A stretch of 64,000 bases of DNA, taken from positions 608,001 to 672,000 of the forward strand of contig CBDBCR010000003.1 of the NCBI GenBank assembly GCA_965203465.1, given 5' to 3'. This DNA comes from Nitrosopumilaceae archaeon (GTDB taxonomy: Archaea; Thermoproteota; Nitrososphaeria; Nitrososphaerales; Nitrosopumilaceae). The notes below the pieces were generated by a model, which saw only the letters and a program-made list of their open reading frames with translations, was not told where the DNA came from and ran no database searches. The position numbers and the translations under genes are program-made. Shown here in pieces: positions 9,016-18,891 of the stretch; positions within the stretch are counted from its first letter, which is position 1; every line of letters starts with the position of its first letter.

Positions 9016-11898
9016 ATGAAACCCGTCGTGCTCGCTTGTGCGGCGCTCATGCTAGTGCCAGCGCTGGCGTCCGCCCAGTCCACCGACCAGATTGTGATAC
9101 AGCAGGGCCCCGACGCGTACGCGCGCGGCGAGGCCGCGTTCGTCTTTGGCAGCGTGGGCACGCAGGACGACGGCCTGCGCATAGCCGTACAGGTGGTCAA
9201 CCCGTCGGGCGACATGTGCAACGTGCAGCAGACCGCGCCGCTCGACGACGGCTCGTTCGTCAGCGAGCCAGTGCGCCTCTCCGGGCCCGTCTGCGGCCAG
9301 GCGGGCGACTACCAGATCCGCGTCTTTTACGGCGACAGCACGGAGACCGCCGCCTTCCAAGTCTCGGCGACTCCGGCCGCGCCCGGGCTGGAGCCGGCGG
9401 ACTTGGTGGACGAAAAGATATCCGACCTGCGCGAGGCCGGCATCGACGTATCTCAGCAGCGCCGGAGCGGCAGCCTGCACGATCAGTACGTGGACTTGTG
9501 GGACCGCTACAACGCGCCCGACGCCATGCTGGGCGTCTCGGTGCAGGCGAGGCCGGCCGTCCAGGCGGCCCTAGACGCCAGCGCCCGCCTCTTGGAGTCG
9601 GGCGGCATAGAGTACGACCGCTCAAAGCAGATAGACCGCGCCGTGTACTCTGCCATATTCAACTACGAGACCGGCCAGCGCGCCGAGGGCATAGGCCTGC
9701 TCAGCGAGGCGTTCGGGATGCTGCGCGAATCGGGGGCCACGCAGTCGGGCGCCCGGATCACCTTCGACGACCTCGAAGAGACGCTGGCCAACCTGATGGT
9801 AAAGAACGACACGATACTGAGCGGCCAGGTAAAGGAGAGCCTGGCCTTCGTGCTGGCCCGCGGCACGGCCCCGCTGGTCGCCGGCCAGCTGGCAGACACG
9901 GTGGACATGCTCACGAAGGCGCGCTACCTGGACGTGGTCTCGCGCAACGACTCTGCCCTGTACAGGCTGGTCAGCTCCGAGTGGGACCGCCTGCGGCTCA
10001 CCATGGTCGAGCGCACCTCGCTCGACTCGCTCTTGGAATCAAAGCCGGGCGTGGACCGGCTCCACGAGGCGGCCATCCTGCTGCGCCAGCTAGACGGCGT
10101 CGAGAGGTTCCTGCCGGACGGCGCGCAGGACGGCGAGATAGAGGCGCTCATCAGGCCCTCGTGGGAGGCGCTTGACGGCAGGATATCGGGCGCCGGCTCG
10201 GTCGCCGACATACTCGAAATGAGGGAGGAGATCGAGCGCATGAAAGAGGTCATCGACATATCCTCGCGCATATCGAGGACCGTGCAGATAGCCTCCTCGA
10301 CCGGCCTGGATCCGGGGTACTCGTCGGGCTGGAACCGGATGCTGGAGCGCGTCTCGCAGGCCTCGTCGCTGGCCCAGATAGAGGGGATAATATCGGAGTT
10401 CGAGCAGAGCATAATCGATCTGCGCGAGAACCGCAGCCCGCTAGCCCACCTGCGCCTCGAATACGAGAGGCTCAGGCAGCAGGCGCAGCTGAGGGACGAC
10501 ACGGCCAGCCTCGTCGACATCGAGAGGGCCCTGCGCATAATAAAGTCGGCCGAAAACACCGGCCACGGCACCTCGCAGGTGGACAGCATAGAGGTTCTCC
10601 TCGCGTGGGCCAGCCAGAGGGCGCCGGTCATACAGGCCTCGCTGAGCACGACGAGCAGCGCCGAGGCCACCAGGGAGCGCACCGCCGACATCCTGCAGCG
10701 CATACAGTCGCTGGACAATTTGGTGGAGCTGAGCATCGTAAAGAGCAGGTTCCTGCCCGGCTTTGTGGACTTTACCAGATCCGTGGAAGATGGCATAAAG
10801 GAGGCGCGCCAGAAGGTCATCGACGGCGACCTGGCCTCGGCCGACGCGCAGATACGCGAGCTGTTCTCGGAGTGGCGCACCGTGACTGCCGCCTACGAAA
10901 AGGAGCCGGGCATGTCCCACTCGCTCGACGATCTCAAGCGCAGGGACTACGGCGAGCGGCTCGACGAGTACGAGGAGGCGGCCGGCAACTTCGACAGCCC
11001 CGGGTTCGACGAGCACGAGCAGGGGTACGAGGACATGGACAGAAGGGCCCGGAGCATGCTGGAATACGGCAACTTTGCCGACGCCGAGCTGGAGATAAAC
11101 CGCATAGGGGACTACCTGGCCGAGAACCTGGCGCTAAAGCACCCCGGCATATTCTTCGAGATCGAGTACGAGGGCGACGCGTGGACGCTTTCGGGCGCCG
11201 TCGACAAGGACTACAACGAGCGCGAAAAGATAACCGTGAGCATATACGACGAGAACCGCGAAAGGCAGGGCGTCCTGGAGATGTTCGACACGCGCCAGGG
11301 CACGTTCTTCACCAGGTGGGAAGAGCCCGTCGAGCCGGGCCTGTACGTGGTCATGCTCCAGTACCGCGACAGGGAGGCATCCAACATCGTGCACGTCGAG
11401 GAGGACATAGTCCACGAGCCGGACGCCGGCGAGCTGGACGTGCAGGTCTTTTCGCGCGAGTTCACCGAGCTCGAGAGGTTCATGCGCGAGTACGGCGGCG
11501 ATCGCGCGTCCAACCCGCGCATAGCAGAGGCGGGCGAAAAGGTGCGAGAGGGACTGGCCGAGCGCGATCAGGCGGCCGTCTCGTCGGGCATGCAGGACCT
11601 GCAGATGCTCATCGAGAGGTACCTGCCGGTCAGGCACAGGGACGCGGTGATCGACGCGGCCTACGGGCCCGGCGGCCTCGAGATGTCCGGCGCCGTGCGC
11701 AAGTCCGTCGCGTTCAGCGAGGACCTGTTCGTCGACGTGCGCGACCAGCGCGGCGACTTGGTCGCCTCGGTGGCGCTAAAGGACGACGCGGCCGGCATGT
11801 TTTCTGCCAGCGTCGCAGAGAGCCTAGATCCGGGCATGCACGTGGTCCTGCTCGAATACCACGACATCACCGTGACCGACTTTTTCTCAGTCCGCTGA
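9016..11898 (+). CDS. Large secreted hypothetical protein (Ig-like ends, helical core)
   Basis: 960-aa ORF with signal peptide, repeated beta-rich segments (PGLYVVMLQY / PGMHVVLLEY) and host-like codon usage. Confidence 0.75.
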   Translation: MKPVVLACAALMLVPALASAQSTDQIVIQQGPDAYARGEAAFVFGSVGTQDDGLRIAVQVVNPSGDMCNVQQTAPLDDGSFVSEPVRLSGPVCGQAGDYQIRVFYGDSTETAAFQVSATPAAPGLEPADLVDEKISDLREAGIDVSQQRRSGSLHDQYVDLWDRYNAPDAMLGVSVQARPAVQAALDASARLLESGGIEYDRSKQIDRAVYSAIFNYETGQRAEGIGLLSEAFGMLRESGATQSGARITFDDLEETLANLMVKNDTILSGQVKESLAFVLARGTAPLVAGQLADTVDMLTKARYLDVVSRNDSALYRLVSSEWDRLRLTMVERTSLDSLLESKPGVDRLHEAAILLRQLDGVERFLPDGAQDGEIEALIRPSWEALDGRISGAGSVADILEMREEIERMKEVIDISSRISRTVQIASSTGLDPGYSSGWNRMLERVSQASSLAQIEGIISEFEQSIIDLRENRSPLAHLRLEYERLRQQAQLRDDTASLVDIERALRIIKSAENTGHGTSQVDSIEVLLAWASQRAPVIQASLSTTSSAEATRERTADILQRIQSLDNLVELSIVKSRFLPGFVDFTRSVEDGIKEARQKVIDGDLASADAQIRELFSEWRTVTAAYEKEPGMSHSLDDLKRRDYGERLDEYEEAAGNFDSPGFDEHEQGYEDMDRRARSMLEYGNFADAELEINRIGDYLAENLALKHPGIFFEIEYEGDAWTLSGAVDKDYNEREKITVSIYDENRERQGVLEMFDTRQGTFFTRWEEPVEPGLYVVMLQYRDREASNIVHVEEDIVHEPDAGELDVQVFSREFTELERFMREYGGDRASNPRIAEAGEKVREGLAERDQAAVSSGMQDLQMLIERYLPVRHRDAVIDAAYGPGGLEMSGAVRKSVAFSEDLFVDVRDQRGDLVASVALKDDAAGMFSASVAESLDPGMHVVLLEYHDITVTDFFSVR

Positions 11899-13069
11899 GC
11901 CCGAGGCCCCTTGCCAGCAGGCCGGGGTGGCGCAGGGCCGCGCGGGCCGCTTGCGAAAACCCGAAATCGGCGCGTATGAACGATTCGAGCTCGCCTGCGT
12001 CCAGATCGGTTATGGCGTCGAGCTCGGCGTCCCACTGCCCGTCGTCGAGGCCTATCCAGCGCGACTGTATGCGGCCGGCCCTGCGCAGGCTCGAGCCTAT
12101 GTGGCGCTTCCACTCTTTTTCGTAGGGGAGCAGGGCGCGCGCCGAGCCCGACGGCAGCGCGGCGGCGGCCGCGCGCCCGGCCAGCGCGCCGAACCGCACC
12201 GCGTACCTGATCCCCTCCAGGACGAGCGGGTTTGCGTGGCCGGCCGCGTCGCCGACCATCATCAGGCCGTCGGCTACGGTGCGGCCGGCCGGCCCGTCGT
12301 TGGGTATCAGGCCGTAGTGGTACTCTGTCTTTTCCAGCCTGCCCAGATCCCCTACCGGCCCCGTCCCTTGCGAGATCAGCCTATCCAGTATCTCCTTCGG
12401 GTCGGCGCCCGATTCGGGCCTGCCCACCCCGACGCCGACGCGCGCGCGCCCGCCGCCCAGCGGGAAGATCCACGCGTACCCGGCGGGCGAGTACTTTCTT
12501 CCCACCATCAGGTGCCACGTGTCGTCGCGCACCGACTCTGCGCGCACCTCGTACTCGGCGCCGGCCCCGAACCTCTTCCAGCGCCCCGCCGCGCCGGCCG
12601 AGCGCGAGAGCACCCGGGCAAAGCCGCCCGCGTCTATGGTCACGCGCGCCCTGATCTCGGACGTGTTTCCGCCGCGCACCACCGAGGCCCCCACGACGCG
12701 CCCGCCCGAGACGAGCGCCCCCGAGGCCGCGGCCGACGTGATTATCCGGGCGCCGGCCTTTTGCGCGGCGGCGGCAAGCCACCTGTACGTGCCGCGCACG
12801 TCTAGCACCGCGGCCCGCTCCTTTCCGTCGCCTGCGACCACGGTTTTGGACGGCGAGCAGAACGAAAAGCGGCTAACCGGGTTGTACAGGCTGCGCGGTA
12901 CGCCGAACTCGCGCACGTCCCTCATCCACGTCACGCCGCTTGTCCGCACTGTCTGGGCTATGGACGCCTCCTTTTCGATCAGCACCGTATCGGCGCCTGC
13001 CGCGGCCGCCTCGCGCGCGGCGCACGAGCCGGCCGGCCCGCCGCCTATTACCAGCACGTCGCACTCCAA
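11867..13069 (-). CDS. Geranylgeranyl reductase family FAD oxidoreductase
   Basis: DVLVIGGGPAGS, GYAWIFP, VGDAAGHANPLVLEGIRYA. Confidence 0.85.
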   Translation of the reverse strand: MECDVLVIGGGPAGSCAAREAAAAGADTVLIEKEASIAQTVRTSGVTWMRDVREFGVPRSLYNPVSRFSFCSPSKTVVAGDGKERAAVLDVRGTYRWLAAAAQKAGARIITSAAASGALVSGGRVVGASVVRGGNTSEIRARVTIDAGGFARVLSRSAGAAGRWKRFGAGAEYEVRAESVRDDTWHLMVGRKYSPAGYAWIFPLGGGRARVGVGVGRPESGADPKEILDRLISQGTGPVGDLGRLEKTEYHYGLIPNDGPAGRTVADGLMMVGDAAGHANPLVLEGIRYAVRFGALAGRAAAAALPSGSARALLPYEKEWKRHIGSSLRRAGRIQSRWIGLDDGQWDAELDAITDLDAGELESFIRADFGFSQAARAALRHPGLLARGLGLSGLRKSRSR

Positions 13070-13102
13070 CCTGTACCGCGTTCGGCGCCCCCGTATATTG
13101 AA

Positions 13103-13309
13103 CTATTTGAGGACGGGCTTGCCGTCCCCGTCGCTCTTGCGCTCCTGATCGAAGATGTCGGGGTGGGCCGCGTCGCGGTGCATGTAGCTGTGCGACTGAC
13201 CCGGGGCCTTGCGGCAGAACTTTTTGTGCACGGCCTCTTCTATCTTGAGCGTGGTCTCGTTTTCGTGGAACATGCGCTTGCCGCACTCGGTGCAGGCCGA
13301 CTCTGGCAT
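13103..13309 (-). CDS. Small hypothetical protein, possible Zn-binding (CxxC..H..C)
   Basis: 68 aa, co-oriented between dys and the reductase. Confidence 0.65.
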   Translation of the reverse strand: MPESACTECGKRMFHENETTLKIEEAVHKKFCRKAPGQSHSYMHRDAAHPDIFDQERKSDGDGKPVLK

Positions 13310-13330
13310 GCCCGCGGGCCCGGGCCCAAT

Positions 13331-14269
13331 CTATTTAGTCGTTTGGCGCGAGACCAGCGCCGCGTGCAAAAACGGCAGCACGGTCGTGGCCTCGGCGTGG
13401 ACGGTCACCTGGCGGGCGTCCTTCCTTACCTTGCCCCAGGACACGGCCTCGCGCACGTGCGCCCCGCTCAGGCTCCCGTCGAACTCCTGCGCGGTGGTCA
13501 CGTAGACGGCCCTGTCCAGGCCGCCGCGGTACTGGTTCCACCACAGCGTGTGGTGCTTTGATATGCCGCCGCCGAGCATCAGGGCGCCCGAGCTCTTGGC
13601 GCCGAAGACCCTGCCGGCCAGCAGGTCGGCGTCTGCCAGAACGTCGAGCCTAAAGTCTGGGTGCTTTTGCGCAAAGAGCCAGACCTGGCTGCCCACCGCG
13701 CCGTCCATGATGCCTGGCACCACCACGTCCACCCCGCGGTCGCGGGCGCGCCGCAGCAGGGAATCTGTCCCCAGGCCGGCACCGAGCACCCCGCACAGCT
13801 GCGCGGTCGAGAGCGAGCGGGTTCCCGAGGCGTACTCTGCCTCGAGCAGCTCCTGCACCTTTTCCTCGATGAGCGGCCCGTAGCTGGGCTGCGGCACCAC
13901 CACGTTGCCCAGCCGGTGCATCCCCGCGTCGGCAAGCTCGGCGTCGTCCATGGTGAACGAGCCCTCGAGGTACTCCGAGTGGTGCCTCGCTATGTCGTGG
14001 TCGAGGGCGCCGCACGTCGTTATCACCACGTCGAACCACCCGCGGCCTATCATGTCGCGCAGCACGCCGCGCAGGCCGGTCGAGACCAGCGCCCCGACGA
14101 ACGAGAGGAACCGCAGCTGTTCGCCGTCGCGCACCATGGAATCGAGTATCTCGAGGGCCGACGAGAGCGCCGGCGACTGGAACCCGCCCGACCGCGCCAT
14201 CTGATCGAAGACGCCGCCGATGTCCGTAGCCTCCCCCATGTCGCGCACGGGCCCGCCCGGTTCGGCCAT
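13331..14269 (-). CDS. dys: Deoxyhypusine synthase
   Basis: STGLRG, HRLGNV, GGGISKHH, EFDGSLSGA, EAVSWGK. Confidence 0.93.
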   Translation of the reverse strand: MAEPGGPVRDMGEATDIGGVFDQMARSGGFQSPALSSALEILDSMVRDGEQLRFLSFVGALVSTGLRGVLRDMIGRGWFDVVITTCGALDHDIARHHSEYLEGSFTMDDAELADAGMHRLGNVVVPQPSYGPLIEEKVQELLEAEYASGTRSLSTAQLCGVLGAGLGTDSLLRRARDRGVDVVVPGIMDGAVGSQVWLFAQKHPDFRLDVLADADLLAGRVFGAKSSGALMLGGGISKHHTLWWNQYRGGLDRAVYVTTAQEFDGSLSGAHVREAVSWGKVRKDARQVTVHAEATTVLPFLHAALVSRQTTK

Positions 14270-14554
14270 GCGCGCGCGGCTCCCCGGCGCCTATAAAACT
14301 CACGCGAGTTTTGGCCGGCGCGCCAAAGCGCGTCCGGGCCTGGCCGAAAAGATCCGCCCGCTCAAGGAGCGCGTTCTGTGTACGACGGCCCGCCCTGCGG
14401 AAATGCGCGGGCGCGCGATCGCGTCCACGCCCTCGGCGCCGATCACGCCTTTGGCGGCATCCACGCGTTGCGTGGAGGCTGCGCGTGCAGAGGCCGCCCG
14501 CAGGCATGGAGGGCGCGCAAATCCTTTTAACCGAACCGGGCGGTCTTGCGCCCT

Positions 14555-15949
14555 ATGGCGGTAGGCATAGACGACATCGCGCTGTACGTGCCCAGGCTGT
14601 ACGTGGACGCGGCAGACTTTGCGGCCGCGCGCGGCCTGGATCCGTCAAAGCTGCAAAAGGGCCTCGGCGTCTCGCAGATGGCCATAGTAGATTCGAACCA
14701 AGATCCGGCGTGCCTGGCCGCCAACGCGTGCCTCAAGATAATGCGCGACAACCGCCTCTCGCCGGAGGACATCGGGCGCCTGTACGTCTCGACGGAATCC
14801 TCGTTCGACGAATCAAAGGCCATGAACGCGTTCGTAATCGGCATGCTAGAGCAGGTCTACGGGCAGGGCGCCTTTGAGCACTGCGGCGGCGTCGAGACAA
14901 AGTTCGCCTGCGTGAGCGGCTCGTACGCCCTGTACGACAACGTAAACTGGATACGGGCCGGCGAGGCCGAGGGCAAGGCCGCCCTGGTGGTCGTCTCGGA
15001 CATCGCAAAGTACGACATGGGCTCGAGCGGCGAGATGACGCAGGGGGCCGGCGCGGTCGCCATGCTGCTCAACGACAGGCCCCGCCTGCTCGGATTCGAT
15101 CCGCGCGTGACGGCCACGTCCATACGCGACGAGTACGACTTTTACCGGCCGTTCGGCAAAGAGACCCCCATAGTCCACGGCCAGTACTCCAACCTGCTGT
15201 ACCTGATACAGATGCGCAAGGCCCTCGACCTGTACAAGAAAAAGGCCCACGATGCGGGCATCATACGGCCCGCCGAGGGCGAGTCGGTCCTGGATCACAT
15301 AGACTACATCAACATGCACCTGCCCTACAGCAACATGGGCCGCAAGGCCCTCGCGTACCTCGTCCGGCACGAGTGGCGCGACCTGCCCGTCTGGCGCGAG
15401 ATAATAAAAGAGACGGGCATGGAGGAGCCCATGCCGCGCGACCCGCGCGGCACCGTGGAGTCGGTGCTGGGCGACCACGAGTTCATGGAGCGCGACCACG
15501 AGTTCACGCGCAGGTTCATCGCCACCCGAGAGTACCGCAGCCTGTACGAGCAAAAGCTGGCAAGCTCCCTGGTGGCATCAAAGATGATAGGCAACCTGTA
15601 CACCGCGTCGCTGTACTTGGGGTTCAGGAGCAGCCTCGAGTTCGAGCACCGCAAGGGCGCCGAGCTTGCCGGCAAGAGGATAGGCTTCGGCTCGTACGGC
15701 TCGGGGAGCAGCGCCATGGTCTTCAGCGGGACGGTGCAGCCCGGGTACCTGGAGGTGGTCGAAAAGATGGACCTGGAGGCCGAGATCGGCCCGCGCACGC
15801 GCCTCAGCCTGCAAGAGTACGAGGACTTGCACGAGAACAGGCGCTCGCCGGACAGGCCGCTGCTGGAGGCGAGCAAGGAGTTCGTCCTCATAGACATAAA
15901 GACGGCCCCGGATTCGCGCGGGGAAAGAAGGTACGGGTTCTGCGAGTGA
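14555..15949 (+). CDS. Hydroxymethylglutaryl-CoA synthase
   Basis: GIDDIALYVP, STES, KFACVSG (catalytic Cys), GNLYTASLY, SYGSG. Confidence 0.9.
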   Translation: MAVGIDDIALYVPRLYVDAADFAAARGLDPSKLQKGLGVSQMAIVDSNQDPACLAANACLKIMRDNRLSPEDIGRLYVSTESSFDESKAMNAFVIGMLEQVYGQGAFEHCGGVETKFACVSGSYALYDNVNWIRAGEAEGKAALVVVSDIAKYDMGSSGEMTQGAGAVAMLLNDRPRLLGFDPRVTATSIRDEYDFYRPFGKETPIVHGQYSNLLYLIQMRKALDLYKKKAHDAGIIRPAEGESVLDHIDYINMHLPYSNMGRKALAYLVRHEWRDLPVWREIIKETGMEEPMPRDPRGTVESVLGDHEFMERDHEFTRRFIATREYRSLYEQKLASSLVASKMIGNLYTASLYLGFRSSLEFEHRKGAELAGKRIGFGSYGSGSSAMVFSGTVQPGYLEVVEKMDLEAEIGPRTRLSLQEYEDLHENRRSPDRPLLEASKEFVLIDIKTAPDSRGERRYGFCE

Positions 15950-16434
15950 GCGCAAAAGAGGCGGTCTACGCCGCCCTGCCGGCCGATGCCGAGGTGGTGC
16001 GCGCCTACGGGGAGGGGCGCCTCGAAGGGATCGTCGGAAGGGTGCTGGACGGCTGCGCGGGGCTCGACGAGACAGAGCTGTACACGGTCGTGCTGCACTA
16101 CCTGCTCGCCGTCACGGGCGTGCCCTCGCAGCGCAAGGTCGAGGCTGGCGGGGCGCAGATAGACATCGTGGTGCCCGACCTTGCTACTCTCCGGCGCCGG
16201 CCGTCGGCCGCCCTCGTCGTATGCGTGTGCGGGGCAGCCGGGGCGGAAGGCCGGGCGCGCGAGGCCGCCCGCGTCCAGCCGGATCCGCGCAACGTGTGGA
16301 TGGCCTGCCCCGAGGCCGTGCCCGGGTACATGACGTTCTCGGGCCCCCGCATCGGGGCGCTTCCGGGAGAGGCGGCCCGTTTTTTGGAGCGCGCCGGCTC
16401 CGGGCGGCTGCGCATACTGGGCGCTAGGGGCTGA
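15946..16434 (+). CDS. Hypothetical protein
   Basis: GTG overlaps the upstream TGA; contains VPSQRKV...IDIVVPD. Confidence 0.6.
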   Translation: MSAKEAVYAALPADAEVVRAYGEGRLEGIVGRVLDGCAGLDETELYTVVLHYLLAVTGVPSQRKVEAGGAQIDIVVPDLATLRRRPSAALVVCVCGAAGAEGRAREAARVQPDPRNVWMACPEAVPGYMTFSGPRIGALPGEAARFLERAGSGRLRILGARG

Positions 16435-17113
16435 GCATGGCCCGTATGTCCACCTGCTCGGCCGCGTCGGCCAAGTCTTCGGGGTCGGCCGAGTTTGCCG
16501 TGCCGCACACGCCGGACACCGGCAGCCCCATGTCCTTCAGATCGTCGGCGAGCTGATCTCCGTCGTAGCCCCCCTCGGATCTGCCGCCGCCCACCACGAG
16601 CCCCGCCAGCCGGACGCCCGCCGCGCCGCACGCCCTCGTGGCCGCCGCGGCCTGCCCCTGCGCGCCCATCCTGCGCGAGACGACCACCGCCACGGGCATC
16701 CCCGCCTGGCGCGCGAGGTCGCACGCGTTGTAGTCCGCCTGTATGGGGGACATCGCGCCGCCTATCCCCTCCACTATGACCGCCTCGTGCGCGGCGCGCA
16801 TGCGCGCGAGCGCCTCTAGCGCGGCGCCCACGTCCACGCGGCAGCCGTGCCGCTTTTGCGCCGAAAACGGCGAGCACGGGTGCGGGAAAAACTGCGGGCA
16901 GACATCCTCGGGCGCCTCCCGGGAGCGCGCGGCCTCCATCAGCATCCGCACGTCGGCCGAGCGGTATTTGGTGCCGTCCGGCGCGCCGGAAGCGAACGGC
17001 TTCATCACCCCCACGTCGGTCCCGCCCCGGAGCAGGGCGCGCGCGGCGCCGGCGGCAAACCACGTCTTGCCCACGCCGGTGTCGGTCCCCAATACGAAAA
17101 GCGCGCCGGTCAT
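16424..17113 (-). CDS. bioD: Dethiobiotin synthase
   Basis: LFVLGTDTGVGKT, VMKPFASG, IVEGIGG. Confidence 0.9.
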   Translation of the reverse strand: MTGALFVLGTDTGVGKTWFAAGAARALLRGGTDVGVMKPFASGAPDGTKYRSADVRMLMEAARSREAPEDVCPQFFPHPCSPFSAQKRHGCRVDVGAALEALARMRAAHEAVIVEGIGGAMSPIQADYNACDLARQAGMPVAVVVSRRMGAQGQAAAATRACGAAGVRLAGLVVGGGRSEGGYDGDQLADDLKDMGLPVSGVCGTANSADPEDLADAAEQVDIRAMLSP

Positions 17114-17328
17114 TCCGAGCCCTGCACGTACCATTCCAGGTACGGCCGGAGCGGCGCGCACGCCTCGCGGGTCGGATCCTCCCTCGCGGAGGCTATCTTT
17201 TTGGAAAGGTACTCTTTTACCGGCCCGGTGCGCACCGTCCCGGCCACCTCCTCGAGCGCGTCCAGAATCTTTGACGGATCGGCCGACCCGTACTCTTTCA
17301 GAATCCTGCGCGCCTCGGCCGCGTCCAC
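17110..17328 (-). CDS. Hypothetical protein
   Basis: 72 aa; stop overlaps the bioD ATG (ATGA). Confidence 0.65.
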   Translation of the reverse strand: MDAAEARRILKEYGSADPSKILDALEEVAGTVRTGPVKEYLSKKIASAREDPTREACAPLRPYLEWYVQGSE

Positions 17329-17352
17329 GGCCGGCGGCCCCGGGGCCCACCT

Positions 17353-17559
17353 TTATTCGTAGTGCAGCCGCTCGCCGACCAGTCCCAGCAGCAGGCCGGC
17401 TATGACGGCGCCTATCCCCAGCAGCCCGACGAACGTGCCCCCGTGCCGTGCCACGTCGGCCGCGTACGACGGGGGCGCCGACTGCCCCGCGAAGAACATG
17501 GCCAGGCCGGCCGCGACCATGGCCAGGCCGGCCGCGGCGGTGGCAGGTCCGGCCTTCAT
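17353..17559 (-). CDS. Small two-TM membrane protein
   Basis: Two hydrophobic helices; AT-rich box upstream. Confidence 0.65.
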   Translation of the reverse strand: MKAGPATAAAGLAMVAAGLAMFFAGQSAPPSYAADVARHGGTFVGLLGIGAVIAGLLLGLVGERLHYE

Positions 17560-17821
17560 GGGGGCGGGGCCGGGGCGGGGCGCATAAAACCCATGCGAGC
17601 GGCCAAGGCGCGGTCTGCGTCTGCCGGTTTGGCCGGCCTGCCGCGCACACGATCTTGCGCGACGTTCCGGAAAACCAGCTTCGGGGGCCGGCCCGGGCGG
17701 GCGCCCCGGGTAGACGGAGTGCGAGTTTTTGCCGAATCCGGGGTTGCCGCGCAAATCCCCGAGCGGCTGAATTGCTCAACCCCGCCGAATCCCAAATGCA
17801 TGTACTCAAGACGGCCGGGTA

Positions 17822-18079
17822 TTGGCCAAGGAGATGAAATCTGCAGAACGGGATCCGCCCAAGACCGCACAGGCGATGCGCGCCAGCACGCAAGGAGGCA
17901 CTCTGCGGAAACACGGAAAGGCCGCAACGGCTCCCGGAGCTTTGCGAAAAGCCCCCAGCAAACGCGCGCCGCGGACTCTGGCCGCCTCAGACAGGATGCG
18001 GGCGTTGGAGGAGAGAATGGCCCGCCAAGAGCAGGCCGTTGAAGATTTGCAGCTTCGGCTTAACGCCGGATCCCTGTAG
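17822..18079 (+). CDS. Hypothetical protein (basic N-terminus, coiled-coil end)
   Basis: 85-aa ORF in a lower-GC islet. Confidence 0.35.
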   Translation: MAKEMKSAERDPPKTAQAMRASTQGGTLRKHGKAATAPGALRKAPSKRAPRTLAASDRMRALEERMARQEQAVEDLQLRLNAGSL

Positions 18080-18106
18080 GATCGTCTGGGCGAGATCGTA
18101 GAAGGC

Positions 18107-18388
18107 ATGAAAAACGCGTTTGAAAAACTGGAGCACGTGATCCAAGTCCGTTACGCCGTCTTGCAGGACGGAACCTTTCACGTAGTCGTGATTCACGTCC
18201 TGGACGACATGGGCTCGGCGTTGCGGACGGTCTGCAAGAAATCCATAGAGAACGAGGGCGCATTTCCGGACGTAGAGATTGAGCCTTTGGTGCTGCATAA
18301 AGACGAAGTGCTCGACGAGCATCTCGCAGGCACCAGGCCGGTGTTTTCAAAGACGGAGCAACGGATCAAAAATGAGCTGGCGCACTAG
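18107..18388 (+). CDS. Small acidic protein, putative antitoxin-like partner
   Basis: 93 aa, lower GC, overlaps the downstream HEPN-like gene. Confidence 0.5.
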   Translation: MKNAFEKLEHVIQVRYAVLQDGTFHVVVIHVLDDMGSALRTVCKKSIENEGAFPDVEIEPLVLHKDEVLDEHLAGTRPVFSKTEQRIKNELAH

Positions 18389-18716
18389 GCAGAGCTGGCA
18401 CAACCGCGATGCCCAACGTTACCTCTCAGGGTCTGTGCAGTACGTCGACTGGGAAATCATCGCTCTGTTCTATTCGGTCATTCACGTGATGGACGAGTAC
18501 TTGTCATCCACGGCTGACAAGGCCCCGCGCAACCACCGAGAGCGCAGAGATTTAGTCAAGCTCAAACTCCGGCACATATATGAGGACTATCGCGATCTTT
18601 ATGCACTTGGCAGAAGGGCAAGATGCGTCATACCGTTTGACTCCGTACGTGAAAAGGACAGACAGGTGGCCATCCGCCTGCACGACTCTATACTCGCCAA
18701 CATACGGTCCCCGTAG
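18372..18716 (+). CDS. HEPN-like (UPF0332-like) domain protein
   Basis: DWEIIALFYSVIH ... PRNHRER ... YRDLYALGRRARC, all-helical pattern. Confidence 0.55.
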   Translation: MSWRTRQSWHNRDAQRYLSGSVQYVDWEIIALFYSVIHVMDEYLSSTADKAPRNHRERRDLVKLKLRHIYEDYRDLYALGRRARCVIPFDSVREKDRQVAIRLHDSILANIRSP

Positions 18717-18891
18717 CCGCCTGCCCCCGTCCCGCCACATACGGGGCGATCCGGAAAGGCATAGATCGAGCCTAGCGCGCTCGTGCCTAAGATCCGCGCG
18801 CGGAGCGCGCGGCCTGGGTCTGTTTTTCTGGCCCTTTTGTCAGATCTTTTTGTCCTGAAAATTATATAACGAGACCGGCGAGGGGGCTACC

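Noticed and set aside
14280-14520. GC-rich intergenic stretch as possible SRP RNA or other ncRNA
   Set aside because: No SRP helix-8 motif found; hairpins expected by chance at this GC; flanked by divergent promoters
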